From Escherichia phage vB_EcoM_EP32a: a DNA stretch of 64,000 nt. Below are positions 18,363 to 26,321 of the stretch, piece by piece. The stretch lies in sequence record OR544954; one strand, written 5' to 3'. Made by a program: the position numbers and the translations under genes. The stretch's first letter is position 1. Every line of letters begins with the position of its first letter. The notes beneath the pieces were generated by a model. That model saw nothing but the letters and a program-made list of their open reading frames with translations, had not been told where the DNA came from and ran no database searches.

Positions 18363-18839
18363 ATGAAGGTGAAGATTGCTGACACTGCTCGGTATTCGTT
18401 GAGCCAAAATCCTGACCAAAACAAAGAAGATGTAGTTCGACGTTGTAAGGTTGCAATCTTTGCAGAGTATGTAGTAGCAAATTGGCTAGATGGATATGTT
18501 AATAAAGGTAATGAAGACGTAGAAGACCCGTACACGTATGCATGGGACGTGTTAGCTCATCCTAAATATTGTGGAATTCGTGTCGAAGTCAAGACGCACC
18601 AGATAGATTCTAAATGGATTTCGGTTACCACAGGATACAGTGGTGATTATCCGGGTGGTAATGGAATCAATATAGGGCCCTTCTTGAACCATCGAGTCGC
18701 AGATTGCATTATTATATTAGATGTCAAAGAAACCTCACCTGACGTCTTCTCTTATTCTATAAAGTTCGTGGGAGACCATGAAGACCTAAAGAAAATCGTC
18801 CGTAAGAGCAACTACAACGGGTGGTATCTTCATCTTTAA
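18363..18839 (+). CDS. hypothetical protein (158 aa; start uncertain)
   Basis: First in-frame ATG after the upstream stop; weak SD. Confidence 0.4.
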   Translation: MKVKIADTARYSLSQNPDQNKEDVVRRCKVAIFAEYVVANWLDGYVNKGNEDVEDPYTYAWDVLAHPKYCGIRVEVKTHQIDSKWISVTTGYSGDYPGGNGINIGPFLNHRVADCIIILDVKETSPDVFSYSIKFVGDHEDLKKIVRKSNYNGWYLHL

Positions 18840-18851
18840 TTTCATAAAGGT

Positions 18852-18881
18852 GTTTACAACTAAGTAGGACTATGATATAGT
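18852..18881 (+). promoter_or_regulatory. T4-type early promoter with -10-overlapping inverted repeat (PeSL-like)
   Basis: GTTTAC-N18-TATAGT; TAGGACT / AGTCCTA inverted repeat around the -10. Confidence 0.55.
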
Positions 18882-18907
18882 AGTCCTATCTAAAAGAGGA
18901 TAACATC

Positions 18908-19171
18908 ATGAAATTTAAATTTTTCTACGCAAAACATAAAGTAACAGGTGAGTTTGTTTCAATGTACAACACCGCAGATGACGAAGGGATGATTTATACC
19001 CATTTAGGTCTATCTCACTGGGACTCGGACGTGCCTTATATGTCATCTGAAGCCGAAATAACTCGTTTAGTTAACGGACATATGAACGACCATTTTGGTG
19101 TTATTCTTTCTAAAGACCTTAAAGAGGTTATCAACAAAGGATATATGGAACTCGCGGAAGTTGAGATATGA
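18908..19171 (+). CDS. hypothetical protein (87 aa)
   Basis: ORF with SD AAGAGGA behind its own promoter cassette. Confidence 0.5.
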   Translation: MKFKFFYAKHKVTGEFVSMYNTADDEGMIYTHLGLSHWDSDVPYMSSEAEITRLVNGHMNDHFGVILSKDLKEVINKGYMELAEVEI

Positions 19172-19250
19172 GCTCTAAAATGTGGATCGGAATATGGTTG
19201 CTTAGTATCCCAATGATTTGTATAATATTTTCAATTGTGTTGAGGTACTT

Positions 19251-19361
19251 ATGAAAAATGCACTTCTTATTGTACTAAGAACAATTTGCGATACAGGTTT
19301 TTACATCGCATGTTCGTTCACTGGAACATGGTTGGCTTTAACATATTTTAATGTAATTTAA
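19251..19361 (+). CDS. possible small hydrophobic peptide (36 aa)
   Basis: ATG with SD GAGGT; hydrophobic; below size cutoff. Confidence 0.25.
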   Translation: MKNALLIVLRTICDTGFYIACSFTGTWLALTYFNVI

Positions 19362-19363
19362 TT

Positions 19364-19393
19364 GTTTACATCAAGGTAGGATTATGGTATAGT
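19364..19393 (+). promoter_or_regulatory. T4-type early promoter with inverted repeat (PeSL-like)
   Basis: GTTTAC-N18-TATAGT; GTAGGA...TCCTAC inverted repeat. Confidence 0.55.
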
Positions 19394-19421
19394 AGTCCTA
19401 CTGAAACATGAGGAACACAAA

Positions 19422-19622
19422 ATGGCTAAGCTTTTTAAAGATGTTGAAATTGGTGAAAAATTTGTCCTGAATAATGGTCAGCAGCTTATTCGTGTAGCTT
19501 CTATAGCCGGACAAACTCATAACTGCATCGCCCCAACGTGTTGGACCCGATTCTTTATTGAGGATGACACTGAATGTTTAACTGTTGAAGAGCTTTTTGA
19601 ACGTTCTGATATAGCCGAATAA
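19422..19622 (+). CDS. hypothetical protein (66 aa)
   Basis: ORF with SD GAGGAA behind a promoter cassette. Confidence 0.5.
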   Translation: MAKLFKDVEIGEKFVLNNGQQLIRVASIAGQTHNCIAPTCWTRFFIEDDTECLTVEELFERSDIAE

Positions 19623-19624
19623 AA

Positions 19625-19654
19625 TTGTACAAACTCTTGAGAGCAGAGTATAAT
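19625..19654 (+). promoter_or_regulatory. T4-type early promoter with inverted repeat (PeSL-like)
   Basis: TTGTAC-N18-TATAAT; GAGAGCA / TGCTCTC inverted repeat; near-identical copy at 45665. Confidence 0.55.
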
Positions 19655-19698
19655 GCTCTCATGGATTACAAAAACATTAATCAATTGAGGAAATTAGC

Positions 19699-20145
19699 AT
19701 GTCCAAATATTTAACTCGTAAAGACCTTCTGGCAGTTGGCGGTGAAGTTGTTGCAGTAGTTCGTAATGGCGAATATGGTTCTGAAGTTTCTAAAGAGTTT
19801 CGTTCTCGTGAAGGTTTTTACTTCTTTGTTAAAGGTTCATCAGATTGGCGACAAGTAGCAGCACGGTTCTTTGTAGGACGTCAACGTTCTAAACAAGGGT
19901 TGGATGCAATTCTTTCTCACATTCGTCAAGGCCGTTCGCAACTGGCTCGTACCATGGGCACTAACAATATTGAATATGATGTAATCTTTGTTGCAGCTAA
20001 GAACATGAAACCACTGACTACTGGTTACGGTAAAGGTCAATTGGCTCTGGCATTCACTCGCAACCATACATCAGAATATCAAACACTCACTGAAATGAAC
20101 CGTCTTCTGGCTGATAACTTCAAATTCATTCTGCAGAGTTATTAA
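19699..20145 (+). CDS. hypothetical protein, possibly Ndd (nucleoid disruption) by size and position
   Basis: 148 aa; located between rIIB-proximal ORFs and gene 52 as ndd is in T4; no motif confirmation. Confidence 0.4.
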   Translation: MSKYLTRKDLLAVGGEVVAVVRNGEYGSEVSKEFRSREGFYFFVKGSSDWRQVAARFFVGRQRSKQGLDAILSHIRQGRSQLARTMGTNNIEYDVIFVAAKNMKPLTTGYGKGQLALAFTRNHTSEYQTLTEMNRLLADNFKFILQSY

Positions 20146-20197
20146 TTTATACGGGCCTATTAAGTTGGGCCTTTAATTTATTTTTGAGGTAATTAAA

Positions 20198-20344
20198 ATG
20201 GTAGCATGGATTATTGCATTGCTGTGTTGGTCGTTTTTATTCGTTAACACTTTAGTTACAGGCGAAACAACAGTATTTCAACAGGCCGTATCACAAGGTA
20301 CCTTAGCGGTCTTAGCTCTTCTTAACGTGTTAAAAGGCGAGTAA
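20198..20344 (+). CDS. possible small membrane protein (48 aa)
   Basis: ATG with SD GAGGT; single hydrophobic helix; T4 has small membrane gene ac here. Confidence 0.3.
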   Translation: MVAWIIALLCWSFLFVNTLVTGETTVFQQAVSQGTLAVLALLNVLKGE

Positions 20345-20484
20345 TGATTAAGAAAATCTTAGCAGGAGCCTTCGGGCTCTTGTTGCTGCTTACGGTTCTG
20401 TACTATGGTGTGATGTTTGGACTAATCCAAGTAGTGCTTTTCATTTCAGATGTTATAATGGTTATTCGTTCATTAATATGGTGA
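20344..20484 (+). CDS. possible small membrane protein (46 aa)
   Basis: TAATG overlap with preceding small ORF; hydrophobic. Confidence 0.3.
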   Translation: MIKKILAGAFGLLLLLTVLYYGVMFGLIQVVLFISDVIMVIRSLIW

Positions 20485-20488
20485 AAAT

Positions 20489-21814
20489 ATGCAATTGAAT
20501 TCTCGTAATCTAAAAAGTATTATTGATAACGAAGCCTTAGCATATGCGATGTACACCGTTGAAAACCGTGCAATCCCAAACATGATTGATGGATTTAAGC
20601 CGGTTCAACGTTTTGTGGTTCATCGTGCGTTAGATTTGGCTCGTGGTAATAAAGAAAAATTTCATAAACTTGCGTCAATTGCAGGAGGTGTTGCAGATTT
20701 AGGTTATCACCATGGTGAATCTTCTGCACAAGATGCAGGTGCATTGATGGCTAACACGTGGAACAACAACTATCCACTGTTAGATGGCCAAGGCAACTTT
20801 GGTTCTAGAACAGTCCAAAAAGCTGCAGCATCTCGTTATATTTTTGCTCGTGTAAGTAAAAATTTCTATAACGTATATAAAGATACTGAATATGCTCCAG
20901 CTCATGAAGATAAAGAACACATTCCACCAAAATTCTATCTTCCTATTATTCCGACAGTTCTTTTGAATGGTGTTTCTGGTATTGCAACCGGTTACGCAAC
21001 AAATATTCTGCCTCATAGTTTTAAATCGGTAAAAAAGGCTGTATTACAAGCTCTTCAAGGTAAAAATGTCACTAAGCCAAAAGTTGAATTCCCGGAATTC
21101 CGTGGTGAAGTACATGAAGTTGATGGGCGTTATGAGATTCACGGAACATATAAGTTCACATCTCGTACTCAAATGCAGATAACTGAAATCCCATATAAAT
21201 TCGACCGTGAAACGTATGTGAGTAAGGTTCTTGACCCGTTGGAAGACAAAGGTCTAATCTCATGGGAAGATGATTGCGGTGAACACGGCTTTGGGTTTAA
21301 GGTGAAGTTCCGTAAAGAGTACTCGCTTCCTGATGATGAAGAGCTACGTCATGAAAAAATCATGAAAGATTTTAGTCTCATCGAACGTCGTTCACAAAAC
21401 ATCACAGTGATTAATGAAAAGGGTAAATTAGCTGTCTACGATAACGTAGTGGACTTAATCAAAGATTTTGTTGAAGTCCGTAAGACTTACGTTCAGAAAC
21501 GTATTGACAACAAAATCCTTGAATCTGAAAAAGCATTTAAACTTGCTTTTGCTAAGGCACACTTCATCAAAAAAGTTATCAGTGGTGAAATTGTGATTCA
21601 GGGCAAGACTCGTAAAGCTTTGACTGAAGAGCTAGCACAAATCGAAATGTATAAAGAACATGTCGATAAACTGGTAGGTCTTAACATCTTCCATATCACT
21701 TCCGACGAAGCACGTAAACTAGCAGAAGAAGCTAAAGCTAAGAAAGAAGAAAATGAGTATTGGAAGTCTACTGATGTTGTGACAGAGTACACTAAAGACT
21801 TGGAGGCACTTTGA
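20489..21814 (+). CDS. 52: DNA topoisomerase II medium subunit gp52 (GyrA-like)
   Basis: 441 aa; N-terminus AYAMYTVENRAIPNMIDGFKPVQRF typical of type II topoisomerase A subunit; size matches T4 gp52. Confidence 0.9.
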   Translation: MQLNSRNLKSIIDNEALAYAMYTVENRAIPNMIDGFKPVQRFVVHRALDLARGNKEKFHKLASIAGGVADLGYHHGESSAQDAGALMANTWNNNYPLLDGQGNFGSRTVQKAAASRYIFARVSKNFYNVYKDTEYAPAHEDKEHIPPKFYLPIIPTVLLNGVSGIATGYATNILPHSFKSVKKAVLQALQGKNVTKPKVEFPEFRGEVHEVDGRYEIHGTYKFTSRTQMQITEIPYKFDRETYVSKVLDPLEDKGLISWEDDCGEHGFGFKVKFRKEYSLPDDEELRHEKIMKDFSLIERRSQNITVINEKGKLAVYDNVVDLIKDFVEVRKTYVQKRIDNKILESEKAFKLAFAKAHFIKKVISGEIVIQGKTRKALTEELAQIEMYKEHVDKLVGLNIFHITSDEARKLAEEAKAKKEENEYWKSTDVVTEYTKDLEAL

Positions 21815-21890
21815 GTGCCCTAGCCTTAGGATTTCTCGGTGCAATAGCTGTACTAGTGATTTGGCTGTATTGGTTAGACAAACATGATTA

Positions 21891-21911
21891 GGGAGCTTCG
21901 GCTCCCTTTTG
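21891..21911 (+). terminator. intrinsic terminator
   Basis: GGGAGC-TTCG-GCTCCC hairpin followed by TTTT. Confidence 0.7.
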
Positions 21912-21931
21912 TGCATTTTTCTCACAAAACA

Positions 21932-21960
21932 GTTTACTTTTGCTTCAAACATGATATTAT
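21932..21960 (+). promoter_or_regulatory. T4-type early promoter (GTTTAC-N17-TATTAT), copy 1 of duplicated cassette
   Basis: Part of a ~75-bp direct repeat with 22252-22326. Confidence 0.55.
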
Positions 21961-21999
21961 AGACATATCAAAACAAAACAACCAAATTGGAGAAATAAA

Positions 22000-22215
22000 A
22001 TGTCTAAAATGAAATTAACCCAAAACACAACTACTCGTTTCGGTAAAGTTAAACCTGGCATGAATGCTCCACGTAAAGCACTTGTTGAAGAATTAAATTT
22101 CTTAGAAGTTGAAATCAATTCTTTAGTGGTTCGCGGTTCAAATGGACATCATTTAGAAAAGCTTCGTTCTAAAAAGGCAAAGCTTATTAGCCTTATTAAA
22201 GAAATGAGTTTGTAA
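22000..22215 (+). CDS. hypothetical basic protein (71 aa)
   Basis: ORF behind duplicated promoter/RBS cassette; starts MSK like motA. Confidence 0.5.
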   Translation: MSKMKLTQNTTTRFGKVKPGMNAPRKALVEELNFLEVEINSLVVRGSNGHHLEKLRSKKAKLISLIKEMSL

Positions 22216-22252
22216 ATTTTACCAGGGCTTTTGAAAAAGAGCCCAAAATAAA

Positions 22253-22281
22253 GTTTACTTTTGCTTCAAACATGATATTAT
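22253..22281 (+). promoter_or_regulatory. T4-type early promoter (GTTTAC-N17-TATTAT), copy 2, upstream of motA
   Basis: Near-identical to the cassette at 21932. Confidence 0.55.
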
Positions 22282-22318
22282 AGACCTATCAAAACAAATA
22301 CTAATTTGGAGAAATAAA

Positions 22319-22951
22319 ATGTCTAAAGTTACTTACATCATCAAAGCTTCTGAAAACGCTCTGAATGAAAAAACTGCTGCAATAATGGTTTATATCATTA
22401 AGAACAACTTCACCACTGCTGCCAATGTCCGTGAAGCTCTGGAAGCAGAATACAATGCATCGGTTGTTAACTCTAACATTGGTGTATTGATTAAGAAAGG
22501 TTTAGTCGAAAAATCCGGTGATGGACTTGTAGCAACAGGCGAAGCAATGGATATTATCCAAAAAGCTGCAGACCTCTTTGCTCAAGAAAATGCTCCAGAA
22601 CTTCTTCAGAAACGTAACACTAGAAAAGCACGTGGAGTTACTCCTGAAATGCATGAATTAGCAAACTTTGTTTTTGAAAATATTAAAGATAAAGTTGAAG
22701 TTAAAGAAATTGGTGAAAACCGTAGTAACTTGGAAGTTCGATTTGCAAAACGAGTTCTAGGTATTCGTCAGATCGAAATTCGTCGAGATGGTTCTCTTAG
22801 AATCTTTGCATACAACATGACAGAAACTGAATCAAAGCTGTTTACTTCTCTTGAAAATGATGTTAAGATTAAGATCGGTGGTAAATATACTTACATTGAC
22901 TTCCCTAATGTGTCCAAAGAAATCATTACCCTTGTAACTAACGTACTGTGA
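22319..22951 (+). CDS. motA: middle-transcription activator MotA
   Basis: 210 aa; MSKVTYIIKAS...VVNSNIGVLIKKGLVEKSGDGL...QENAPELL matches recalled T4 MotA. Confidence 0.85.
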   Translation: MSKVTYIIKASENALNEKTAAIMVYIIKNNFTTAANVREALEAEYNASVVNSNIGVLIKKGLVEKSGDGLVATGEAMDIIQKAADLFAQENAPELLQKRNTRKARGVTPEMHELANFVFENIKDKVEVKEIGENRSNLEVRFAKRVLGIRQIEIRRDGSLRIFAYNMTETESKLFTSLENDVKIKIGGKYTYIDFPNVSKEIITLVTNVL

Positions 22952-22961
22952 GGAATACATA

Positions 22962-23291
22962 ATGAATAAGCTGAATATTATTAACGAACTTCGTAAATGT
23001 GCAGAACCTACTCAGGAAGGATGGGATATTTGGTACCACGGGGCTTATTTAGGGACAATTGTAAAGATTAAAGCAGGCCAATATACGGTTATTCGTGAAA
23101 ATAATGACGCGCCATTTGGCCTTCGTAAAAACTACATGGCAGCGATCAGTTCATTTGTTGATGCAGCTTACGAAATCTATAAAGAAGATTATAAAGAATA
23201 TCAGCAGTCACAACCGGTTATTCGTTCGATTGGTGTAAATAAACAAGCACAAAAATCTATTTGGCAACGTATTAAGGAATGGTTTAAATGA
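22962..23291 (+). CDS. hypothetical protein (109 aa)
   Basis: ORF in motA-asiA variable cluster. Confidence 0.5.
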   Translation: MNKLNIINELRKCAEPTQEGWDIWYHGAYLGTIVKIKAGQYTVIRENNDAPFGLRKNYMAAISSFVDAAYEIYKEDYKEYQQSQPVIRSIGVNKQAQKSIWQRIKEWFK

Positions 23292-23734
23292 AAACTTTTA
23301 AAGAACGTTTAGCTCTGTTAGATAAAGCTTTATCTCGTGAGACTCCGGAAAGTCTGGCTGCTAAATTAGCTTCTTACGGCGGTGAATATACAGAACAAAA
23401 TGTTTTAGATGAAGTTCCTGAAATCTGTTGGCAGACTCTGTATTGGGATGAAAACCAAAAGTATCAACGACGAATTGTCTGTGCAGCTAATCGTTTTAAA
23501 TTAAAAGATGGACGAACTCTTATTATTCCAGGTGCTCGTCATTACTCTAAAGATATGGCTGAAGTTCCTCAATTAGTTACTCAACAAGTTTGTGATGATG
23601 ACCAAGGGTTTATTGACCAATATAGTAATTATTGGACACGTGAAGAAGCAATGATTATTGCAACGTATGCTGGACAGGTACGTATTGAACGTGGTGGTAA
23701 TGAAAAAGAGCTTTATTCAGAGGACCTTTATTAA
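23288..23734 (+). CDS. hypothetical protein (148 aa)
   Basis: ORF coupled by ATGA overlap. Confidence 0.5.
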   Translation: MKTFKERLALLDKALSRETPESLAAKLASYGGEYTEQNVLDEVPEICWQTLYWDENQKYQRRIVCAANRFKLKDGRTLIIPGARHYSKDMAEVPQLVTQQVCDDDQGFIDQYSNYWTREEAMIIATYAGQVRIERGGNEKELYSEDLY

Positions 23735-24015
23735 TGAATATTAAACAACTCCAGATTGATGCTATTGAAGCCCACATTAATCATATCAAACGCCTGAATG
23801 CTATGATGGAAGAAAATTATGGTATGTATGCTAATCAGCCTGGTTGGGATGCTTTAGACCATCCTTATTTGGTTAATTTATGTAAAGGTGATACGTTAGC
23901 AATTATTCGTGATGGATTAAAACCTTTCTTGCGTGACATGTATATTAAAATGAATGAAGAAATTATTAGCTCGTTGCAATATCAATTAAGGAAATTAGAT
24001 GATGAGAATAATTGA
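23734..24015 (+). CDS. hypothetical protein (93 aa)
   Basis: ORF coupled by TAATG overlap; position and size compatible with T4 arn but unverified. Confidence 0.45.
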   Translation: MNIKQLQIDAIEAHINHIKRLNAMMEENYGMYANQPGWDALDHPYLVNLCKGDTLAIIRDGLKPFLRDMYIKMNEEIISSLQYQLRKLDDENN

Positions 24016-24217
24016 TTCTAAAGCAGATTATTTTAATTCTGTTAATGATAAGAATAAAGCTTTAATTCGCCACTTTATTATTGAGATGGGTTATACCGAC
24101 TCTAAAGATTTGAAAGAGCACATTATCGAATGTTCTGTGGCTAAAAAGTTTTCTTTCACTGATAAATGTTTAAACGAGGTTATAAAGCATTATGAACAAT
24201 CTTGTAGCAAAACATGA
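23999..24217 (+). CDS. hypothetical protein (72 aa)
   Basis: ORF overlapping neighbours. Confidence 0.4.
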   Translation: MMRIIDSKADYFNSVNDKNKALIRHFIIEMGYTDSKDLKEHIIECSVAKKFSFTDKCLNEVIKHYEQSCSKT

Positions 24218-24300
24218 TTTCAATAAGGCTTCCGTCCATAAGGACAAAAAGAAATCAGAACTTCAATCTAAACGTAAACAAAAACATAAGGGTAAAGACT

Positions 24301-24600
24301 ATGCTTACTAAAATCAAAGAAAATCCTGCCACTGAACTTGTTATTCGATGTGAAGAACTTGCAGAGCTTTATCAGGTTAACCGAGAAGTGTGTCGTAGTG
24401 TTATCGTAGATATGGCAGACGAAGTATGTTCTCGTATTCCTTTTAGTGTCGATTTCAATCATATGAAGCCTGGTGAAATCACTATCGTCTTTGGTTCTGA
24501 CTATACTGAAGAACGGGCTCTTAATGTCCTAGAATATGAAATGTCATTCTTTGACATACAGGATTACATTGATAGTTATAAGGAACGATATGAGTCATAA
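24301..24600 (+). CDS. hypothetical acidic protein (99 aa)
   Basis: ATG at 24301 with SD AAGGGTAAAGA. Confidence 0.45.
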   Translation: MLTKIKENPATELVIRCEELAELYQVNREVCRSVIVDMADEVCSRIPFSVDFNHMKPGEITIVFGSDYTEERALNVLEYEMSFFDIQDYIDSYKERYES

Positions 24601-24751
24601 TCTTCAGAACGTAGTAGAGGCCGAACGTGAGCGTGAGGCCTTAGTCTATAATGAATTATTAGCTCAATTCTTGGCCTTACACTCGTACGAACAGGAAGAC
24701 TATACCAATTACGTTAAAAGCGTAGAAAAAGCCATTTACAATCAACACTGA
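24590..24751 (+). CDS. hypothetical small protein (53 aa)
   Basis: ATG with SD AGGAA; ATGA overlap with preceding gene. Confidence 0.35.
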   Translation: MSHNLQNVVEAEREREALVYNELLAQFLALHSYEQEDYTNYVKSVEKAIYNQH

Positions 24752-24797
24752 TAATGGTACTATATCCATATCAACTAAGTGGAATGAATAAAACGTT

Positions 24798-25070
24798 ATG
24801 AATAAAGACATTGAAATCGTACGTGAAATTATTACTATTGCTTCTATTTTGATTAAATTCTCTAGGGAAGATATTGTTGAAGACCGAGCAAGTTTCATCG
24901 GATTCTTGAATGAGATTGGAATTAAAAAAGATGGTCGGCAGCTAAATCAGAATTCGTTCAGAAAACTAATTACAAATTTAACTGCCGAAGAAAAGAAAAC
25001 ACTGATTAGTGAATTCAATGAAGGTTTTGAAAATATTTATCGTCATTTAGCGATGTATTCTAACAACTAA
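24798..25070 (+). CDS. asiA: anti-sigma-70 factor AsiA
   Basis: 90 aa; IVREIITIASILIKFSREDIVE...LNQNSFRK matches recalled T4 AsiA. Confidence 0.9.
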   Translation: MNKDIEIVREIITIASILIKFSREDIVEDRASFIGFLNEIGIKKDGRQLNQNSFRKLITNLTAEEKKTLISEFNEGFENIYRHLAMYSNN

Positions 25071-25730
25071 TTATTTAGCCCTTCCTAGTATTCGGACCGC
25101 TTGGTTGCATATAGCCGCTAAGCGGTCCTCCTCAAGTATATTATTCCCCTTATACCAATACATCGTCACAGTTCCAGCATAGATGTTATCCAAATTAAAG
25201 TATGGACAGCTATACATATAAGAAAGTTCGGCAGTCTTAGATTTTGTAGGCAAAAATGCAAATTCTGATTTAGATGAGAAATGACGGCCGCTTAAATGAA
25301 TTATATATTCATCGGCCGTTTTATCCACTGGGAATCCGCCAAGGGACTTTTCAGAAATTGTGCTAGGTAGTTTGCCTTCATAAGCTATAAGGTCGACAAA
25401 ATAATTTAAGTTTTTAGGTCTGAAAGAATACACAGCACTAAAATCTGCACCAGATGAGATATGAACTATTTGCAGTTGTTCTAGAGCCGCAGATTCAAAA
25501 CGTAAAGCTCGTTCTTTTTGGATTATTTCAGTATAAGTATCATACTTAGCTCTTACATAATAATCCAGCAAAATACTTCCTTTGTACCATATTAGTGCCA
25601 TTAGGAACAAAAGAATAATTACCGCTACTCGGGACATTAAAACCTTTCCAGTAGCGTTATCTTTGAAAATACGATCTAGCAACCCAAATAGAATATCACT
25701 AGGCGAAAATGACACTTTTGGTGTTGCCAT
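25071..25730 (-). CDS. t: holin T
   Basis: 219 aa; VSFSPSDILFGLLDRIFKDNATGKVL then TM segment, matches recalled T4 holin; SD GGAGGT. Confidence 0.9.
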   Translation of the reverse strand: MATPKVSFSPSDILFGLLDRIFKDNATGKVLMSRVAVIILLFLMALIWYKGSILLDYYVRAKYDTYTEIIQKERALRFESAALEQLQIVHISSGADFSAVYSFRPKNLNYFVDLIAYEGKLPSTISEKSLGGFPVDKTADEYIIHLSGRHFSSKSEFAFLPTKSKTAELSYMYSCPYFNLDNIYAGTVTMYWYKGNNILEEDRLAAICNQAVRILGRAK

Positions 25731-25739
25731 AATACCTCC

Positions 25740-26291
25740 TTACTTAAAGATATTTATAATCGCTTTGATAATAGATTTATTTTCAAGGTCAGGGAATTTA
25801 GGGAATTCGCCGCCAAGATGTTCATGTTTTTCTAAAAGGGCAAAGAATTTTTTGAGCTCTTTAAATTTTCGTTTTTCTTCTCTATTAGCAACCTCTGCGT
25901 CAATAAGAGAACTTAAAACATTGAATAATTTATAGAGTTCATGAATTTTCTTATCACGTTGAACTACGCGTTTATATGCTTCATCTTCCTTCCACCCGTC
26001 ATCGGTCCAAATGTCAAATTCACCAGGTTCTTCTGTAGTAACATTTTGAAGAGCACCTGGAGTGTCAATAACAATTTTTTGCTTATCATAAGTCCATACT
26101 GTTTTTCCTCGATGGTCTTCAACATATACCCATTCTTGCTCGCGTTCGTCAAATATAACAGCATAGCCTTCTTTAGGGTCTAAAGGTTTTTTTGGTGTCG
26201 AATGAGCTGGAAATCCTACGCCTTTTAATGGTTTATAATTTTCTTCTTTGTAAAATTCTTTAGTGTCAAAATAATAGTGATAGAGTTTCAT
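25740..26291 (-). CDS. 38: long tail fiber assembly chaperone/adhesin gp38 (T4-type)
   Basis: 183 aa; MKLYHYYFDTKEFYKEENYKP...FDIWTDDGWKED matches recalled T4 gp38. Confidence 0.9.
   Translation of the reverse strand: MKLYHYYFDTKEFYKEENYKPLKGVGFPAHSTPKKPLDPKEGYAVIFDEREQEWVYVEDHRGKTVWTYDKQKIVIDTPGALQNVTTEEPGEFDIWTDDGWKEDEAYKRVVQRDKKIHELYKLFNVLSSLIDAEVANREEKRKFKELKKFFALLEKHEHLGGEFPKFPDLENKSIIKAIINIFK
25751..25758 (-). promoter_or_regulatory. late promoter TATAAATA for holin t, embedded in 3' end of gene 38
   Basis: TATAAATA on minus strand 21 nt upstream of t ATG. Confidence 0.55.
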
Positions 26292-26295
26292 ATTA

Positions 26296-26316
26296 TAAAA
26301 AGGGACCGAAGTCCCT
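26296..26316 (-). terminator. hairpin plus U-tract between gene 37 remnant and gene 38
   Basis: GGGAC-TTCG-GTCCC followed by TTTTTAT on minus strand; a GGAG sits 5' of the hairpin. Confidence 0.55.
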
Positions 26317-26321
26317 TCTCC

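Noticed and set aside
19166-19252. Small peptide ORF starting at ATG 19166
   Set aside because: On careful reading the frame hits a stop after 16 codons
21941-21966. MotA-box (TGCTTCA) inside the duplicated cassettes as a middle promoter
   Set aside because: No TAnnnT hexamer at the required 11-13 nt spacing; the element fits the early GTTTAC-N17-TATTAT pattern instead
22216-22250. GGGCTTTT-GAAA-AAGAGCCC stem between the duplicated cassettes as a terminator
   Set aside because: Contains a wobble pair and has no downstream U-tract on either strand
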